Shown here: piece after piece, positions 27,481 to 39,976 of the stretch
How positions within the stretch are numbered: the first letter of the stretch is position 1
Layout: the number at the start of each line of letters is the position of its first letter
Source of the DNA: the human T2T-CHM13v2.0 reference genome, Homo sapiens
Length of the DNA stretch: 64,000 bases
Assembly (NCBI RefSeq): GCF_009914755.1
Contig: NC_060926.1
Direction: 5' to 3' (one strand)
Notes under the pieces: model-generated
Database searches by the model: none
Told to the model about the DNA's origin: nothing
What the model saw: the letters and a program-made list of their open reading frames with translations, nothing else
Made by a program: the position numbers and the translations under genes

Positions 27481-30400
27481 GATATTAAAATGAATACACA
27501 GATATAATTGATCATGAGAGTTTAGGCAAATAATAGGGGAGTGTCAAATTTGTAGCACCAGAGGCAGTAGCAGCAGAGACAGAAGGCATTTCACTTACCA
27601 TATATTATCCTTCTGTAAAGGGGAAAGGAAGCTCTCCCCTAAGAAGGATGACGAGCACAAGCAGTCTCCTATTAGGCTAAAGAATATTGTAGTTGAAACA
27701 TTACACTATTGAATATCTGCAGAAGCATTCCCTTTTTCTAGAAGGTTTGCTTGTGTAACTTCTCAGAAAGTTTTCCATTTAACATTTTTTTCAAGTGCAC
27801 TGAAAAACAAATCTTAACTATCTAAGTTTGAAATATGTGTTTCTTGTCTCCTAAGAGACTATAATATAATTATTGAATAAAAACTCAAAAAGGTAAATTG
27901 TTCCAAACTAACAAAATAAATACAAAAATGTCAAATGTAATGCTACAATGTCTTTAGATAAGACACTCAATTTCTTGTGCCTTTGTCTCCTTTTCTGTAA
28001 ATAAGATTAGGCTGTAGTGATTTTATATAAAACGAGCAAGATAAAATGCTTAATGTGGTTCTTGGCTAATAATGAGCAATCACAAAAATATTGTTATCAT
28101 TAGTATCATATGGGAAAATTAGTAAACATAGTGTTTGAAACAGTTAAGAATGATTTACTTTTTTTAAGTCTAAGTATTGTAGTTAATGGCAAGTTCGTTT
28201 GATCCAAGAGGGTGAAAATACCACAAAGCAGATAATAGACTTTGACATTGCATTAAATATAAGTTTAATAGTGCTTTCATCATTAATTAGTGAACACTAC
28301 ATAAAAGGTGATAGTGAACACTATTTAACATTAGTGTTTTCATAAAGAACAATAATTGTTTTATCTTACACAGTTAAGATACCATATGAAAGACTCAGTT
28401 ATGGAAGTAATGTAAGAAGGTTTTGAACAAATTATAGCAATGGTGAAGAAGCTGGAGCAATTGATGAGTTTTTATTTGAAAACGAAAAATATCTAAAGAG
28501 AAGAAGAATGTTGATCTTCAAATATCTAGTTTTCATGTTTGAATGACTAATAGATTAGGATTAGGTGGAGAAAGTTACAGTAATCAGATTTAGAGCCAAA
28601 GTGGACAAAGTAGATCCATCTGATAATACAATGGGATGTTTTAGAGACTGGATCTTCTTTTATGATTAGCTTTCAATTATCTTTAATTTACACTTCATGA
28701 AGTGTGGCAAATACACAGTATCCTTGCCACCAGGGCCCATCCAGAACCTATGGCATGTATCTCCAATCAGCGAAGGACCTTCTCCCTCACTGAACTGATA
28801 GGTAGCCTCAGAGTTCTTCACATGGAGCCTCAGAGTTCTTCAAATATTACAGATAGTCACTGACAATCAATTATAATGTTGTTTCTCCCTAGATGATATC
28901 TAAAGTCCTATAAATTATAATATCTCATAATATTAGTGTTGAAACTATAATTTATCACCTCTAGATGATACATGGCATTTGTTCTCTATTTACTTATATA
29001 AAAGTAAAGGGAATAAAATTTTTAACCGATGTTGTAATGTCTATCTCCAACAATAAATGATGTTGAGATATTCCTCAAGTCTCAAAAGAATCACCAGATG
29101 GTATGTTTTCTAGACAAGTCAAATTTACAACAAATGCATTTTTACATTTTGCAATACAACATAAAGCCTAATAATGAGATCTGAATTCTGCAAATACTAA
29201 ATAAATCTGCAAGTATAACATTCTTCTCTCCTAGTGAACATCCTGTGAATTCATAAATATTTACATATTACAAGTTATAATTATGTAGCACTGGGGAAAA
29301 AGAAAATGTAACTGTATATTTATATCCTACAAGAATATAAAAGAACATTCATAAATTACAAATGTGCACTGTTCTAAGAAGGGTACCTACTGAGCTTTTG
29401 TATCTTAAGGCCAACACATAAGACAAGTTTCTACATCCCCCCAATCAGTGGAATAAAAATTATAAGTTTGAATGACTTATAATTATAAGTTTGAATGACA
29501 TTATATTTTCTATTAATAGTTATAAGTGATTATGTATGAGAACATCATTGTAGGTATTTGATAATGTAGAAGGGAAAGTTTGTATTGCCACAGGAATAAT
29601 CCGCCTTAAGAATCTGACAAGCATGATTATAGAAAATACTGCAAAGTATGTATTCCCTTTGAAACAATGGCCTAAAATAGTACAGTTAAACACTATCTTG
29701 GTATTACTTTTTCTATTATTGGCTTGACACAGTAAATTCTATATCATACATTAATCTGAACACTAATAAAGTTCTGCTAAATATAAGATGCTTTAAGTTT
29801 AGATATTTGTGGTGCCTATATTAGTTTTGAGTTATCTCAAAGGCTTAGTAAATGAATATTGAGAAATATTTTCTATATTTTTGCACTAGGTTTTCCAAAT
29901 AAATTGTCATCATTTACATTTATTTTTATTATCTATTTTTATACTCTCCTTTTTTATTATTTTCACCACAAAATATTCCAACAGTTTAATTACTCCATGA
30001 CTGCATTTTTATGCGTATCTCTGCAGGTACATTTATATATTAGAATAAATTCAGCTCTTAAATAGTCTAATCTCTGAGGTTGACAGCACTTATGTAGCAG
30101 TGACCTCCAGTCATCTGATCAAATTTTGGGTTACTTACTGGCTATAATCAAATATATTCTCATCTCTTATTTGAACAAATCATACAGAAATTGAATACAA
30201 TTTTTTATGAACACTAGCAATATGTTCAGTTCTCTGATAATTTTGACATTAAAATTCCATCTTAATAATCCCATCCTTCAGGCTTTGAAGACTCTTAAGG
30301 TATTAAAGCAAAAATTATCCTAAGCAGTTAGATTATAATGTATTTAAAGATTAGACATTTCATGTTGAATATTAACTGCTCCACTTCCCAGGAAAAGAAA

Positions 30401-31162
30401 ACTATGCTGATTTTCTTCTTCCATAATTTATACATTTCAAAGGCTGGCTATCCAAGTTTCAAACCATGGTTACAGAAAAACATACTTTAAATGGACTTAA
30501 ATGCTACATAGAGTTTCAAAGATACATGCAAATGCATATTTAGATAAATTAGAAATATTCACAGCAGTTATGTAATTTTATTTCAAAATAATATACTACA
30601 GAGTCATTAAAAATTAACTATGGCAAATGCTTTACCGACAGTAAAATAGTTAACTAAAATAGTTAACTCTTCTTTTAAAAAAGTGACTTTGCACTCTATT
30701 AACCCTATGTAATAGGTAAGACATATGTTGAGTATACTTTATTATGTGGAATGAGAAAAATTAAAGACAAATGTGAATTCGCAGGTGGGAAAATAACCTA
30801 TTAATATTGTTTCCCAAGCTTAACGGGACAGTATGATTCCATCTATTATATTCTACTTCTGGAAGGCGGACATGTGACCTATTCAGAAAGGTGACAGCCA
30901 CAGTCCTATTTTAAAATTTTTTCAAAGTACCACATTTTGAGCCTATTCACAGATTTCAAAAGCAATAACTTATGAAAAAATTATCAAAGCTTTTTTTTTC
31001 TAAACTTGGTTTGTTTTTATGGCATGTTTCTATAAGATATGATCATTCAGTGTGATAAAACTTTATTTGCATGTATTTTAAAGAAAGGAGGTTTGCAAAT
31101 TACTAAAAAGTATGTTTACAATAGCCTCATTCTGCCTTTATCATTCCTGACAAAAAGGAGTA

Positions 31163-31609
31163 CAGTTGACCCTTGAACAACATGGGTTTGAACAATACAC
31201 AAATCATTTTTCAATAAATTTACACCAAATGTGCCTGCCTCACCTGTCTCCTCTTCCATCTTCTCCACCCCTGCCGCACCTGAGACAGCAGGACCAACTC
31301 CTCCTCATCCTCTTTCTCCTCAGGCTACTCAATGATGATTCTCTTCCACTTAATGACTAGTAAATATATTTTATCTTCCTTATGATTTTCTTAATAACAT
31401 TTTTCTGTAACTTACTCTGTTCTAAGAATACCATAACAAATATGACAGACAAAATGTGTGTTAATCAGTTGTTATGTTATTGGTAAGTCTTCCTGTCAAC
31501 AGTAGGCTATTAGGTAAGTTTTGGGGGAGTCAAAATTTATAAGTGAATTTCAACTGTGTGTGTAGGGGAATCAGCACCCCTAACTCTGGCATTGGTCAAG
31601 AGTCAGCTT
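31163..31609 (+). mobile_element. Tigger2a/MER28 DNA transposon
   Basis: TA then 'cagttgacccttgaacaacatgggtttgaac'. Internal 'cctgagacagcaggaccaac', and right TIR 'ggtcaagagtcagct'. Confidence 0.9.
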
Positions 31610-31689
31610 TCATAATAGTGATAAGCTAAAATGAGTAGAAGTATCTATAGTATATCCTCTTTGCATAGTATATGATGATGCCATTATCT

Positions 31690-31857
31690 TAATGGCCAAG
31701 TATAAGTTGTGAGCTTGAAATTGCACAATGTTATTTCTACTATATTCTGTTGTTTAAAGCAAGTCACAGGGCTGACCCAGATTCAAAGTGAGAGGAAACT
31801 ACTGAACACTGGGAAGGGAGATTCACTGGGGGTTGTCTTTGAAGCCCAGTAGCCACA
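31690..31857 (-). mobile_element. Old MLT1 fragment
   Basis: 'atattctgttgtttaaagcaagtcacagggctgacccagattcaaag'. Confidence 0.65.
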
Positions 31858-31889
31858 AAAAAAGAAAGTCAATTCATTGTAGATAGAGA

Positions 31890-32210
31890 GGTTTAGCGGT
31901 GTAACCATATGGATCCTGCTGGAACCCCCTGGGAAATGCATAGAATTACCTCAGAATTACCTTATTTGAGAGGTGTGGAAGCTGAGGTGTCTATCCTCCA
32001 ACTCCTATTTGGCATTGTTGAAAGGATGCTTTTGTAGGAATAAACTTACATACTTCCTGGTGCCTCAGGCCTGAGGCACATAGGTGGAGCACACAGCCTA
32101 GGCCAGAGAAACCCGTCTCAAAGAAAGCTGCAGGAACTTACAAGATGACAGAAGGCAGGAGAATAGAATTCTAACAGGATATGGGATAAGTATGTAAACA
32201 TATTTGTACA
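31890..32210 (-). mobile_element. LTR16-class (ERVL) LTR fragment
   Basis: 'tagaattacctcagaatt...gaagctgaggtgtctatcctccaactcc...cattgttgaaaggatgct'. Confidence 0.6.
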
Positions 32211-32806
32211 GCTTACAAAAATAACAAAATGAGCACTTAAGGGAAAAAAACCTTATTAGTATAAGTCCTTGTGTTTCCTTTCTGCATTCATACTGCCCAC
32301 TACTCTCACCCCCAATGGAGTAGCCACTATGCTGAATTTTGTTTTAATTACATCTTGGATTTTAAAAAAGAGTGTTTCTCTAGTGAGGTTTTTATTTGTA
32401 AAAATTGCATCACTTAATTTTATCTGTTTTGAAAATGTATATAAATGGAAAGGTAACTGTCTGCATCCTTCTGCAACTTAATCATTCATGTTACATTGTT
32501 TTTCAAATTCATGTGTTTATGCTGGAAACTAAAGTTCATTCATTTTATCTGCTTCATACTATTTCATTATAGATCTATCACCTTTACTCCATGTCACTGC
32601 TGAAGAATGTTTTTTGCTGGATTCCCTAGGAAACAGAAGAGCATGAATGCTACAGCTTTATTAGAGGGTGGGAGTTAAGGATTGGGACTGCAATCTCAAG
32701 ACAGAGTAAGTGACGAAAAAAGGAAAGGGAAACAAGGAAGGATTGCGAGCAAATAAAGTTGGAGCAATTTTGAGCAAGTCAGAACTTCAAAAGAAAAGCC
32801 ATGTCA

Positions 32807-33093
32807 GGCCGGGCAGGGTGGCTCATCCCTGTAATCTCAGCACTTTGGGAGGCCGAGGCGGGTGGATCACGAGGTTAGGAGTTCGAGACCAGCCTGGCCA
32901 ACATGGTGAAACTCCGTCTCTACTAAAAATACAAAAAATTAGCCGGGCATGGTGGTGGGTGCCTGTAATCCCAGCTACTCGGGAGACTGAGGAAGGGAAT
33001 TGCTTGAACCCAGGAGTCGGAGGTTGCAGTGAGCCGAAGTGGTGCTACTGCACTCCAGCCTGGGCAACAGACAAGACATCATCAAAAAAAAAA
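32807..33093 (+). mobile_element. AluSg-like full-length Alu
   Basis: 'ggatcacgagg' (2-bp deletion) together with 'gttcgagaccagcctggccaacatgg'. Both arms present. Confidence 0.93.
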
Positions 33094-33252
33094 AGAAGAA
33101 GAAGGAAGGAAGGAAGGAAGGAAGGAAAGAGAGAGAAAGAAAGGAAAGAGAGAGAGAAAGAAAGAAAGAAGGAAAGAACGGAAGGAAGGAAGTAAAGAAA
33201 AAGAAAGAAAGAAAGAGAGAAAGAGAGAAAGAAAGAAAAGAAAGAAAGAGGA

Positions 33253-33308
<56 letters not shown>

Positions 33309-33348
33309 AAAAAAGAAAGAAAGAAAGAAAGAAAAAAGAAAAGAAAGA
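33084..33348 (+). repeat. Compound polypurine microsatellite (A)n-(GGAA)n-(GA)n-(GAAA)n grown from the Alu tail
   Basis: About 265 bp of purines with only two pyrimidines (33179 and 33193). Confidence 0.97.
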
Positions 33349-35554
33349 CCACATCGATATCTCTAGGCAAAAGTCTAATGATCTGTTAGGGAATGTGATC
33401 GAAAAAGCGAATAATTTTCCTGCCAGCTCCTTCTTTCCTATTGGATTTATCCTTGTTCAGAATTTATCTTGCAAATCACCAACTCCCTAGTGCTTCTGAG
33501 TTGGGTCCCTGTTCCTTACAGAGAAATGTTGAGAAAGCCAGATTGTAAACTCTGCAGTGCCAGTGTCCATAGATGTCCAGAAGTAGCAATAGGGCCTAGA
33601 TGCTCCATCGGTTCTCTCAAGTGGAGCATTCATACTGGGGATTTTAAATTAATTACTAAATTATTAAATAAATGCTTGCAGTAGGCTGTTAATAGATAAC
33701 TTCTATAAAGGTAGGGAATTTTCCATGTATTTGCAGTTTGCTAAAATTTCATCATGAATGTATATTTAATATTATTGAAAAATTTTAACTTTCCATTGGG
33801 ATATCATGTGGTTTTTATTATTTAATTTGTTAACATGAGGAATTACATTATTCTACTTTTAGCTATTAAACCAACCCTGCCTTTTTGAGGTGAAACAAAT
33901 TCAGATATGATAGGTCATTACTTTTATGAATAACTGGATTTGTATTGCTAATATTTTGAAGTTATTGTTTCTGTGCTCATGAGTGAGATTAGTTTGTAAC
34001 ATTTTCTTATACTAAACTTATTTGGCATCAAATTATGTTAGCCTCATAAAAATATTTTGATTTTTTTTTCTTTTGCTAAAAAATGTTGAAGAAATTTAGC
34101 TAAGCTTCAGTGTTTTCTTATGGTAAAATTATCTATCTACTAATTTAATTGATTTATTAGATTTGTGACTACTCAGGTTTGTACTGTTTCTTAACACGAT
34201 TTTGGCAAATTGTATTCTTGTAGATTATCAAATTTACTGTTTCAACTTTATTGTGTAAAATGGATTCACACATAAAGGGATTTATTAGGATTTATCTCTG
34301 CATCTTCTAAAGTTATAAAACCTCCTTATTGTTTACATTGCTTTGTTTTCCTTTCTATTTTTTAAATTAATATTGGAAAGTTTGGATTTACCTAATTCCT
34401 TTGGAGGAATCACTTTTTACCATTTGATAAACTTTTAGTTTTGCTTTCCATTTCAATAACTTCTGATTTTATTTTAATTACTTTCTTTTTTCTCCTTTTT
34501 TAGCTTTATTCTGGTGTTCATTTTAAAATTTCTAAAGAAGTGCATTTTGTTTAGTGTCTTTCTATTTTCTCTCTCCTAATCTAGGCTTTTAAGACAATAA
34601 ATTTTGTTGTAGCATCTGTGTTAGCTATACCCCACAAATTGTAATAATATTATTATAATTGTTAGTTCAAATTAATTTCCAGTGTACATGATTGTTCTTA
34701 TCAGAATTATGATTTTTAGGACTGGTTTAACTTTTCCCAACATACGTATTTTCTTATGCTACTATTTATAAAATTTATATTTTAATGTCATTGTAGTTAA
34801 CTAATGTCAATCATTTTAAATTTGGAGGAGGAACATGCTTACCTTTTGTAACTATTTTGTATGTATAAAAATAATATGTATTATTCAATGGTTGAGTGTT
34901 CTGTTTCATAAATGTCCATTTTCTGAAGTTTATTGTGCTATACAATTCTTCCATATTATTACTCACTTTTAATCAGTATGCTCAATCAGTGAGGGACTAT
35001 GCTAATACCTATTATGATAGCAGAGCATTCAATTCCATCTTATAATTATAGTAATTTTGCTTTATATATTTAAAAGTTATATTATTATGTGCATACAATA
35101 TCAAATTACTATATCTACTACAGTGATTAATTTATTATTATGTAATGTCCTTAATATCTAATAATAGTTTTTACAATAAGTAAATTTTGTCTAATGTTAA
35201 TAGAGCTTCTCCATTTTTTTTGTAAGTGCTTGATTTATTTTTATCGATCCTTTGACTCTCAATTATTCCACATCCTTAAAGTTTTAGTTGTGTCAATATT
35301 TCCTTTTTTAGCTGAAATGTTTATTTCATTTACATTACTTTTCATTACTGATATACTTGGATTAAATTGCATCAAATTACTATGTATTTCTTATTTGCCT
35401 TGTTTTTGTGCTTCTTTTTGCCCTACCCCACCTTTTTTGGTCTCTTTCAGACTGATTCACATTTTTTTTTCTTAATCTAGTTTTCCTTTACTTTTTAGAA
35501 ATCGCAAAGTCTATCTTTTAGTCCTTAGTTATTTGAAAGGCTTATTTATCTATA

Positions 35555-36246
35555 CAATAGTCCCCTCTTATTTACAGGGATACATTCTAAGACAGCAGTG
35601 AATGCCTAAAACTGCAGATAATACCACACTCTATATACACGGTTTTTTCCTATAAATATATATCTATGATAAAGTTTAATTTTTAAATTAGGCACAGTAA
35701 GAGGTTAATAAAAATAACTGATAATAAAATAAAAAAATTATAACAATATACTTTTTACAATTTCACAGATACAAACGTTCTTACTGTAGGTCCTAGCACC
35801 TTAGTATAGGACTTCTTTTCTTTCCTTAAGTTGATAACTTTTACTTTTCATTCAAAGAAAGCACTTTATGGCTTCTCTTTGGCATACCCAAATTTCCAGC
35901 ATCGCTATTCTTGCACTTTGGGGCCACTATGAAGTAAAACAAGGATTCCTTGAACACAGGTACAGTGATGCTAGAACAGTCAATCTGACAACCAAGACTG
36001 CTACTAAGTGACTGACAGGCGGGTAGCATAGACAGCATGGATATGCTGGAAAAAGGAATGATTCACGTCCTGAGCTGGATGGAGCAAAACAGTGCAAAAT
36101 TTCATCATGCTATTCACAGTGGTGTGCAATTTAACACTGAAGAATTGTTTATTTCTGGGATTTTTCCCTTTAATATTTTAGGACAATGGTTAACAGTGGC
36201 TAACTGAAACCATGAAAAGTGAAATCACAGAAAAGGGAGACTAGTG
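35555..36246 (-). mobile_element. MER44 (Tigger7-derived, MER44C/D size)
   Basis: TIRs 'caatagtcccctcttat' and 'gaaaagggagactagtg'. Internal 'aaattaggcacagtaagag' and 'cttgcactttggggccactat'. Confidence 0.88.
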
Positions 36247-36250
36247 GACC

Positions 36251-37115
<865 letters not shown>

Positions 37116-38026
37116 TTTACCTCTACCCAAATGATATAAAGATCTTAGAATACTTTAACTAGGGTTATCCAACTCTAAAAATATATGTAATACCTGTTCA
37201 AAATTTATCTGTATCTTTTACTCTAAAAACAGATACTTTATTATTGTTTTAAGTAACTAAAGTTTAAGTTTACTCACACGTTTACGAATAGTAGTATTCA
37301 TTCCTTCTTAATTCATCTGGGATCATCTTTCTTTTGCCTGTGGCCCCCTTTTTGAATTTATGTTAGTGAATTCTCTTGTTGGTCAACTCTTTTGTTTTAT
37401 GTTTTGTACTTTTCTTACACAGTTATTTGCAAAAGCCATTTTTTCTGGGTATGTAGTTGGAGCTGGCCAGTTTTATTTTTACTTTATGTAGTTTTGTTTC
37501 TTCCCCCAGCACAATAAGATAATTCAGCCATCAATCTAATTGCAATTTTGTTATAAGTAATCTTTAACTTATCTTTGGCTTTCTTTAAAGTCTTATCATT
37601 AGGAGTAGTATTTTAAGATCTCCTCAGTTTGCTTGATGATTACTCCCTATGTGTGGATTTGTTTCATGTATCTTCCTTGGGTTTTATTTGAATTTCTGAA
37701 TATATGGGTTTGTGTATTTCCAATTTCTGAGCCATTACAAACATAACTTCTTTAGATGTTGCCTCTTCCCTTCTTACAGCTTCTTTTTGGAATTCTGGTT
37801 ATATTAATGTTAGATTGATCTCATTCTATTGTCCACAGCTCTTAGACCCTTTCAATTCATCGTTCTCCTTCTATTACTCTCTCTCCCTCTCTCTCTCTTT
37901 GCTACAGTTCAGATAATTTTTACACTATCTGTTCTTTATTGGATATAATCTGTCCCTTGAGTTATTTACATAATTGTATATTTTTTATAAAGAACTACTT
38001 TTTGCTTTTTCATGTTTATACCCTGT

Positions 38027-38187
38027 TTCTCTTTACAGATGATAAATTCCGAGGGCATAGTGTTTCCTGCACAACCCAGTGTCACATTTTAGATGGGAAA
38101 CTTTTCTTGCTGACTTTTTTCTTCAAGGTTCAATTTTTTTCTCATTCATCTTTCTCACAGTGAAACGCTTTGGGTCACAGGTTTATA
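38027..38187. repeat. Local direct repeat B, inserted copy flanked by a 12-bp duplication
   Basis: Colinear with 38768-38920. Flanked by tttataccctgt at 38015-38026 and 38188-38199. Confidence 0.88.
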
Positions 38188-38627
38188 TTTATACCCTGTA
38201 TATAAACACCAAAAAGCCAAAAAAAAAGGTTATTTATAAAAGAAAAAAATGCAAATTTTTAAACTCTGTTATTTTTTAAAACATATATAATTGTTTTATA
38301 TTTTATATCTGATAATTATAGTTTTTGCAGGTAACTTTCTATTATCTGTTTTTGTTGCTGTTTCTCATTCATAGTACCCTGTTCATGTGTGTGTATTATT
38401 TTATAATGGATTATTGACATATTTTTCTTGGAATATAATTTTGTGAAATATCTGTCACCTGGATTGAAATTGAGCTCACCAATATTGTTTTCAAAATACT
38501 ATTTCCTTGGGGATACTACTGTCAAAGTGCATTTTAAAAGGAATTATTTACAGAAGAATTTTCAGACTGTAAATCATAAATTCAGAAAACAAACCTGCAT
38601 AAGTGCCAGTTTCAGATTACAAATTCC

Positions 38628-38767
38628 AGCTGGGTGCAGTGGCTCAGGCCTGTAATCCTAGCATTTTGGGAGGCTGAGGCATTAAGATTGTTTGAAGCCA
38701 GGAGTTGAGACCAGCCTGGGCAACATAGAGAAACCCTGTCTCTCCAAAAAAAAAAAACAATTTTAAA
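38628..38767 (+). mobile_element. FLAM_C / free left Alu monomer
   Basis: Single arm ending 'aaaccctgtctctcc' plus poly(A). Degenerate TSD agattacaaattc / agattatgaattc. Confidence 0.88.
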
Positions 38768-39199
38768 GATTATGAATTCTGAAGGCACAGCATTTCCCCC
38801 ACAACCCAGTGTCAAGCTTTAGACAGGCAACTTTTCTTGTTGACTTTTTCTTCAAGGTTTATTTTTTTTCTCATTCACCCTTCTCACAGTGAAACACTTT
38901 GGGTCACAGGTTTATTTTATAGTCATTCTATTAGACTCATTTTCTCAGGTGGTCCCTAGGCTTTATATCTCATTCTCTGTTCTCTGAGCAACCACCAAAG
39001 TGAAAGCACAAGTTCTCCAGGGTTTCACACAAGCCTTCAAGACAAAAATCTCACTTTGGTACTTATTTATCATTCAGGATTCCTACATTCACTTTCAATT
39101 TTTGCTTCGTAGATTCTTTTCCTTTGTGTCAGTTCACAGTTGTATTAAAAGTCAATTTTATATTCATTGTGCAAAAGTTTAGCTGTTTAAATGTCGGTG

Positions 39200-39976
39200 T
39201 GAGCATTACTCAACAAGATCCGGTAAGAAAAACTGAAACTGCATCAGTTATTTTAATGGAAAAAATTTAATATAAGAATTGGTTACATAGACTGGAGTAC
39301 AGAGAAGGAAAATAGAAACACTGAGGTAACCTGGAGATGATAACCGCCTAAAAGAGAGTCCATGTCTGTGACTGGGGAACAGAGAAGATGGTGGCATTGT
39401 TAGACTTAGAAATTTAAAGGAGTGGCCCTTCCGACGTGAGACTTATGTCTCCGAGGAAGAAAGGGTATTCCGCTAAATCTGTATCCTAAGAAGCTCTAAA
39501 GATGGACCGTACGGTTTCAGAATCCCTAAAATGACCACTAAGGAGAAGGTGCTGTGAGGAGAGGGAACTGCATAGCTGCTTCTGGTTCATTAAATGCCCA
39601 CAGGAAGCTCTTTGCAGAGCTGGAAACCAGATTTTTGAGAAGAGACTGTCAGCCAGCTAGTGCTATTATAATATTTTCAAAGATGGATAATAAGCTGGGT
39701 CTGGAAATGTGGGGGAAAAATTGCTGGAATCCAGAACAAACTCATTGCCAGTATAAAGAACACTGGCTGCGTCAGGATAACAGGAATAGGAAGCAAAATA
39801 GAACAAGCAAAAAAAGCATCCCTTCTTCCGTGTCCATGTTTCCAACCACTGCTTAGCACCCACTACTGAAAACACCTAACAAGAGTCATTTAGGTCTGCA
39901 AAGTATGTTTGTAGAATACTAGTCCTAACACTACTATCAATTTGAAGCTGGAAAATAATAACCTAATAACCAGCAC
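39200..39976 (-). mobile_element. Ancient LTR (LTR78/LTR79-like)
   Basis: 'gaaactgcatcagttattttaatggaaaaaatttaatataagaattggtta' start and 'taataacctaataaccagcaca' end. Family name uncertain. Confidence 0.45.

Larger units (their letters stand above)
32608..33610 (-). mobile_element. LTR16/LTR33-class ERVL LTR, interrupted by an Alu
   Basis: 'gctggattccctaggaaacaga...gctttattagaggg', and post-Alu 'cagctccttctttcctattgg'. Confidence 0.45.

Noticed and set aside
28726-28742. CTCF-like 'gccaccagggccc' (also 'tggccacctagggag' at about 51724)
   Set aside because: Both lack the GGCGC/GGCAG 3' half of the core motif, so they are too weak to call.
32710-33490. Overlapping ORFs of 90-161 aa rich in KERK or FLSF
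   Set aside because: They are translations of the Alu and the stop-free (GAAA)n tract.
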